A stretch of DNA of 64,000 nucleotides from Chrysemys picta bellii (lineage: Eukaryota), in assembly GCF_011386835.1 (NCBI RefSeq), contig NC_088795.1, forward strand, positions 37,882,001-37,946,000, in the 5' to 3' direction. The notes beneath the pieces were generated by a model. The model did no database searches, was not told the origin of the DNA, and saw only the letters and a list, made by a program, of their open reading frames with translations. The translations under genes were made by a program, and so were the position numbers. Positions 62,362-64,000 of the stretch are shown here, one piece after another (within the stretch, counting starts at the first letter, position 1; the number at the start of each line of letters is the position of its first letter).

Positions 62362-62807
62362 GTACAGAATGAAAAGTACAAGTAAACTTACAGCACTCAA
62401 ACAGCAAAGATATTAAAATTCTTACGTCCTTAATGACTATAATGGGCCAAGATATGACAGATAAAACAGAATCTCAGATAATGTCTTTTTTCAGAATCTA
62501 TTATTGAGGGTGTTTTTATATTAATCAACCACATATAAACCATGGCCGTTTACATAAGAATCTCCTTTTTTTGTCTGTAGTACTCCTTTTGAGACAGAGG
62601 TATTGTATTTCTCACGTCCCCACATAAAATATGCCACTTGGTCAGACTTTGAGAAAAGATTACTATCCAAGAAGAGTGGATGTTTTCCTTTTCAGATCTC
62701 TTAGATGTATTAGTGTGTGTATATATGGCACTTCCACATCAGTTGTTTATAATAATAAAATTATAAAGTTTCTGTGAATAATTACCTCTTATGCAAATCT
62801 TTTCACC

Positions 62808-62960
62808 CAGAGATCTCAAAGCACTTTACAAAGGAGGGCATTGATTTTACAGATAGGAAAATTGAGGTACAGAGAGATACCCAAAGTCACACAGTGAGTC
62901 AGTGGCAGAGATAAGAATTAGATCCCAGGTCTCTTGACTGCCAGTCTCATGTCCTGGACT
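62808..62960 (+). mobile_element. MIR/CORE-SINE remnant
   Basis: gagatctcaaagcactttac...ttttacagataggaaaattgaggtacagagag...cccaaagtcacacag...cccaggtctcttgact. Confidence 0.75.
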
Positions 62961-64000
62961 CTGCTGCCTATTACCTATGTGCCTGTTTAAGTGGCAGAGA
63001 CTACATAATTATAGGAGTCTTATAAGATTATGATTATACAAATGAATTATAGCCCTTTTTATGATGGTTTGCCATCCCCATTACTCTAGTAAACCCATAT
63101 GTTTTTTCCCCACATGCACAATCTTGTAGAAATCCAGTATCAAACTCAAGGAACACTTTTGAATTGGACTACCTAAGAACATTAGGAATTTTCAAGTATA
63201 ACATCACTGTAAAAAATAATCAACATTTCATTTTTAACACAGTAATGTGGAACTCCCCATGCAAATACATCCAGAAAAAAAATATTCCCATAAACTCTCA
63301 AGAGTTATGTTTCTTTTTCAAAAGAGTGGTTCCACAGTAGTAACTCAAAATGCTATTGCAACAATTACACAGCAAGATTTTCTTGTTTTATTTGTTAGTA
63401 ATGAGCACTTAGATACATTTGTGGTCCTCAGGATGTGTGTTAGGATTCATTAACAATCTTGCAATTCACCAATTTAGTATCCTATCATCCAGACCTGCTA
63501 TATCATTAAATAGGTTCCAGATTTCACGGCTTTCAAAGTTGGGGAGAATTTTAAAGAGCATGAAAATTTAAAGGACAGGAGAGTTTTATCCCTGCTTAAA
63601 GTTAGTTGTTGCATTTCCCCGGAGAATTGACCTTAATTCTAAGGTCTCAGTCCTTTAACGAGAAGCACATGGGTGTACCCTTAGCGCTCTTACAGAGCCT
63701 CAAGCCTAGGGAATCAGGTGGGTTTGAGAGCATGAGCTGCAGCCGGAGCTACAATGGCCACACTGCTATTTTTAACATGCTAGCTCTGGCCCTATTAGCA
63801 CAAGTCTGTCTACTCAAGGTGGGAGGCTTGCTCTTAGCTGGAGTATAGACATATCCACTGACTTCAAGGGGTGTGTTCAAGGGTGGCACAGGACCATAGC
63901 ATAGCTCTTAGCTTTTTGGTCACACTTTATATTAAGGGTATTATAGATGGAACAAGGCAGAGGCTCCTGCAGCAGGATTAGTTGCAGAAGCAGCCAAAGC

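Noticed and set aside
1-64000. CRISPR arrays, rRNA, true tRNA genes or prokaryotic systems
   Set aside because: None seen. The sequence is eukaryotic with spliceosomal introns, and the tRNA-like boxes near 45050-45100 belong to a degenerate SINE.

Overview
This is AT-rich vertebrate genomic DNA, most likely from a turtle. The taxon is inferred from the repeat landscape: Penelope-like fragments, CR1 with ATTCTATG tails, hAT and Harbinger MITEs, GC-rich LTR-like elements and an LF-SINE. Two genes face each other tail to tail. (1) On the plus strand are the last four coding exons (143, 77, 220 and 364 nt) and the 3'UTR of UGT8, ceramide galactosyltransferase. The large first coding exon is not in the window. 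(2) On the minus strand is a multi-exon gene that the ORF track largely misses. I assembled it by hand from eight phase-compatible exons between 34.2 and 56.7 kb (1008 nt, no stops). It encodes a coiled-coil region with five N-glycosylation sequons and ends in a pair of EF-hands. It aligns without gaps to the C-terminus of EFCAB14 as I recall that sequence, but it is strongly diverged, so it looks like a second EFCAB14 family member. Its 5' end (start codon and transmembrane exon) is unresolved. The rest of the window is introns and intergenic DNA with many transposon fragments, several of them with intact target-site duplications, plus a template-switch hairpin and a (TG)43 tract. Comparisons to human proteins and repeat consensuses are from memory and need database confirmation.
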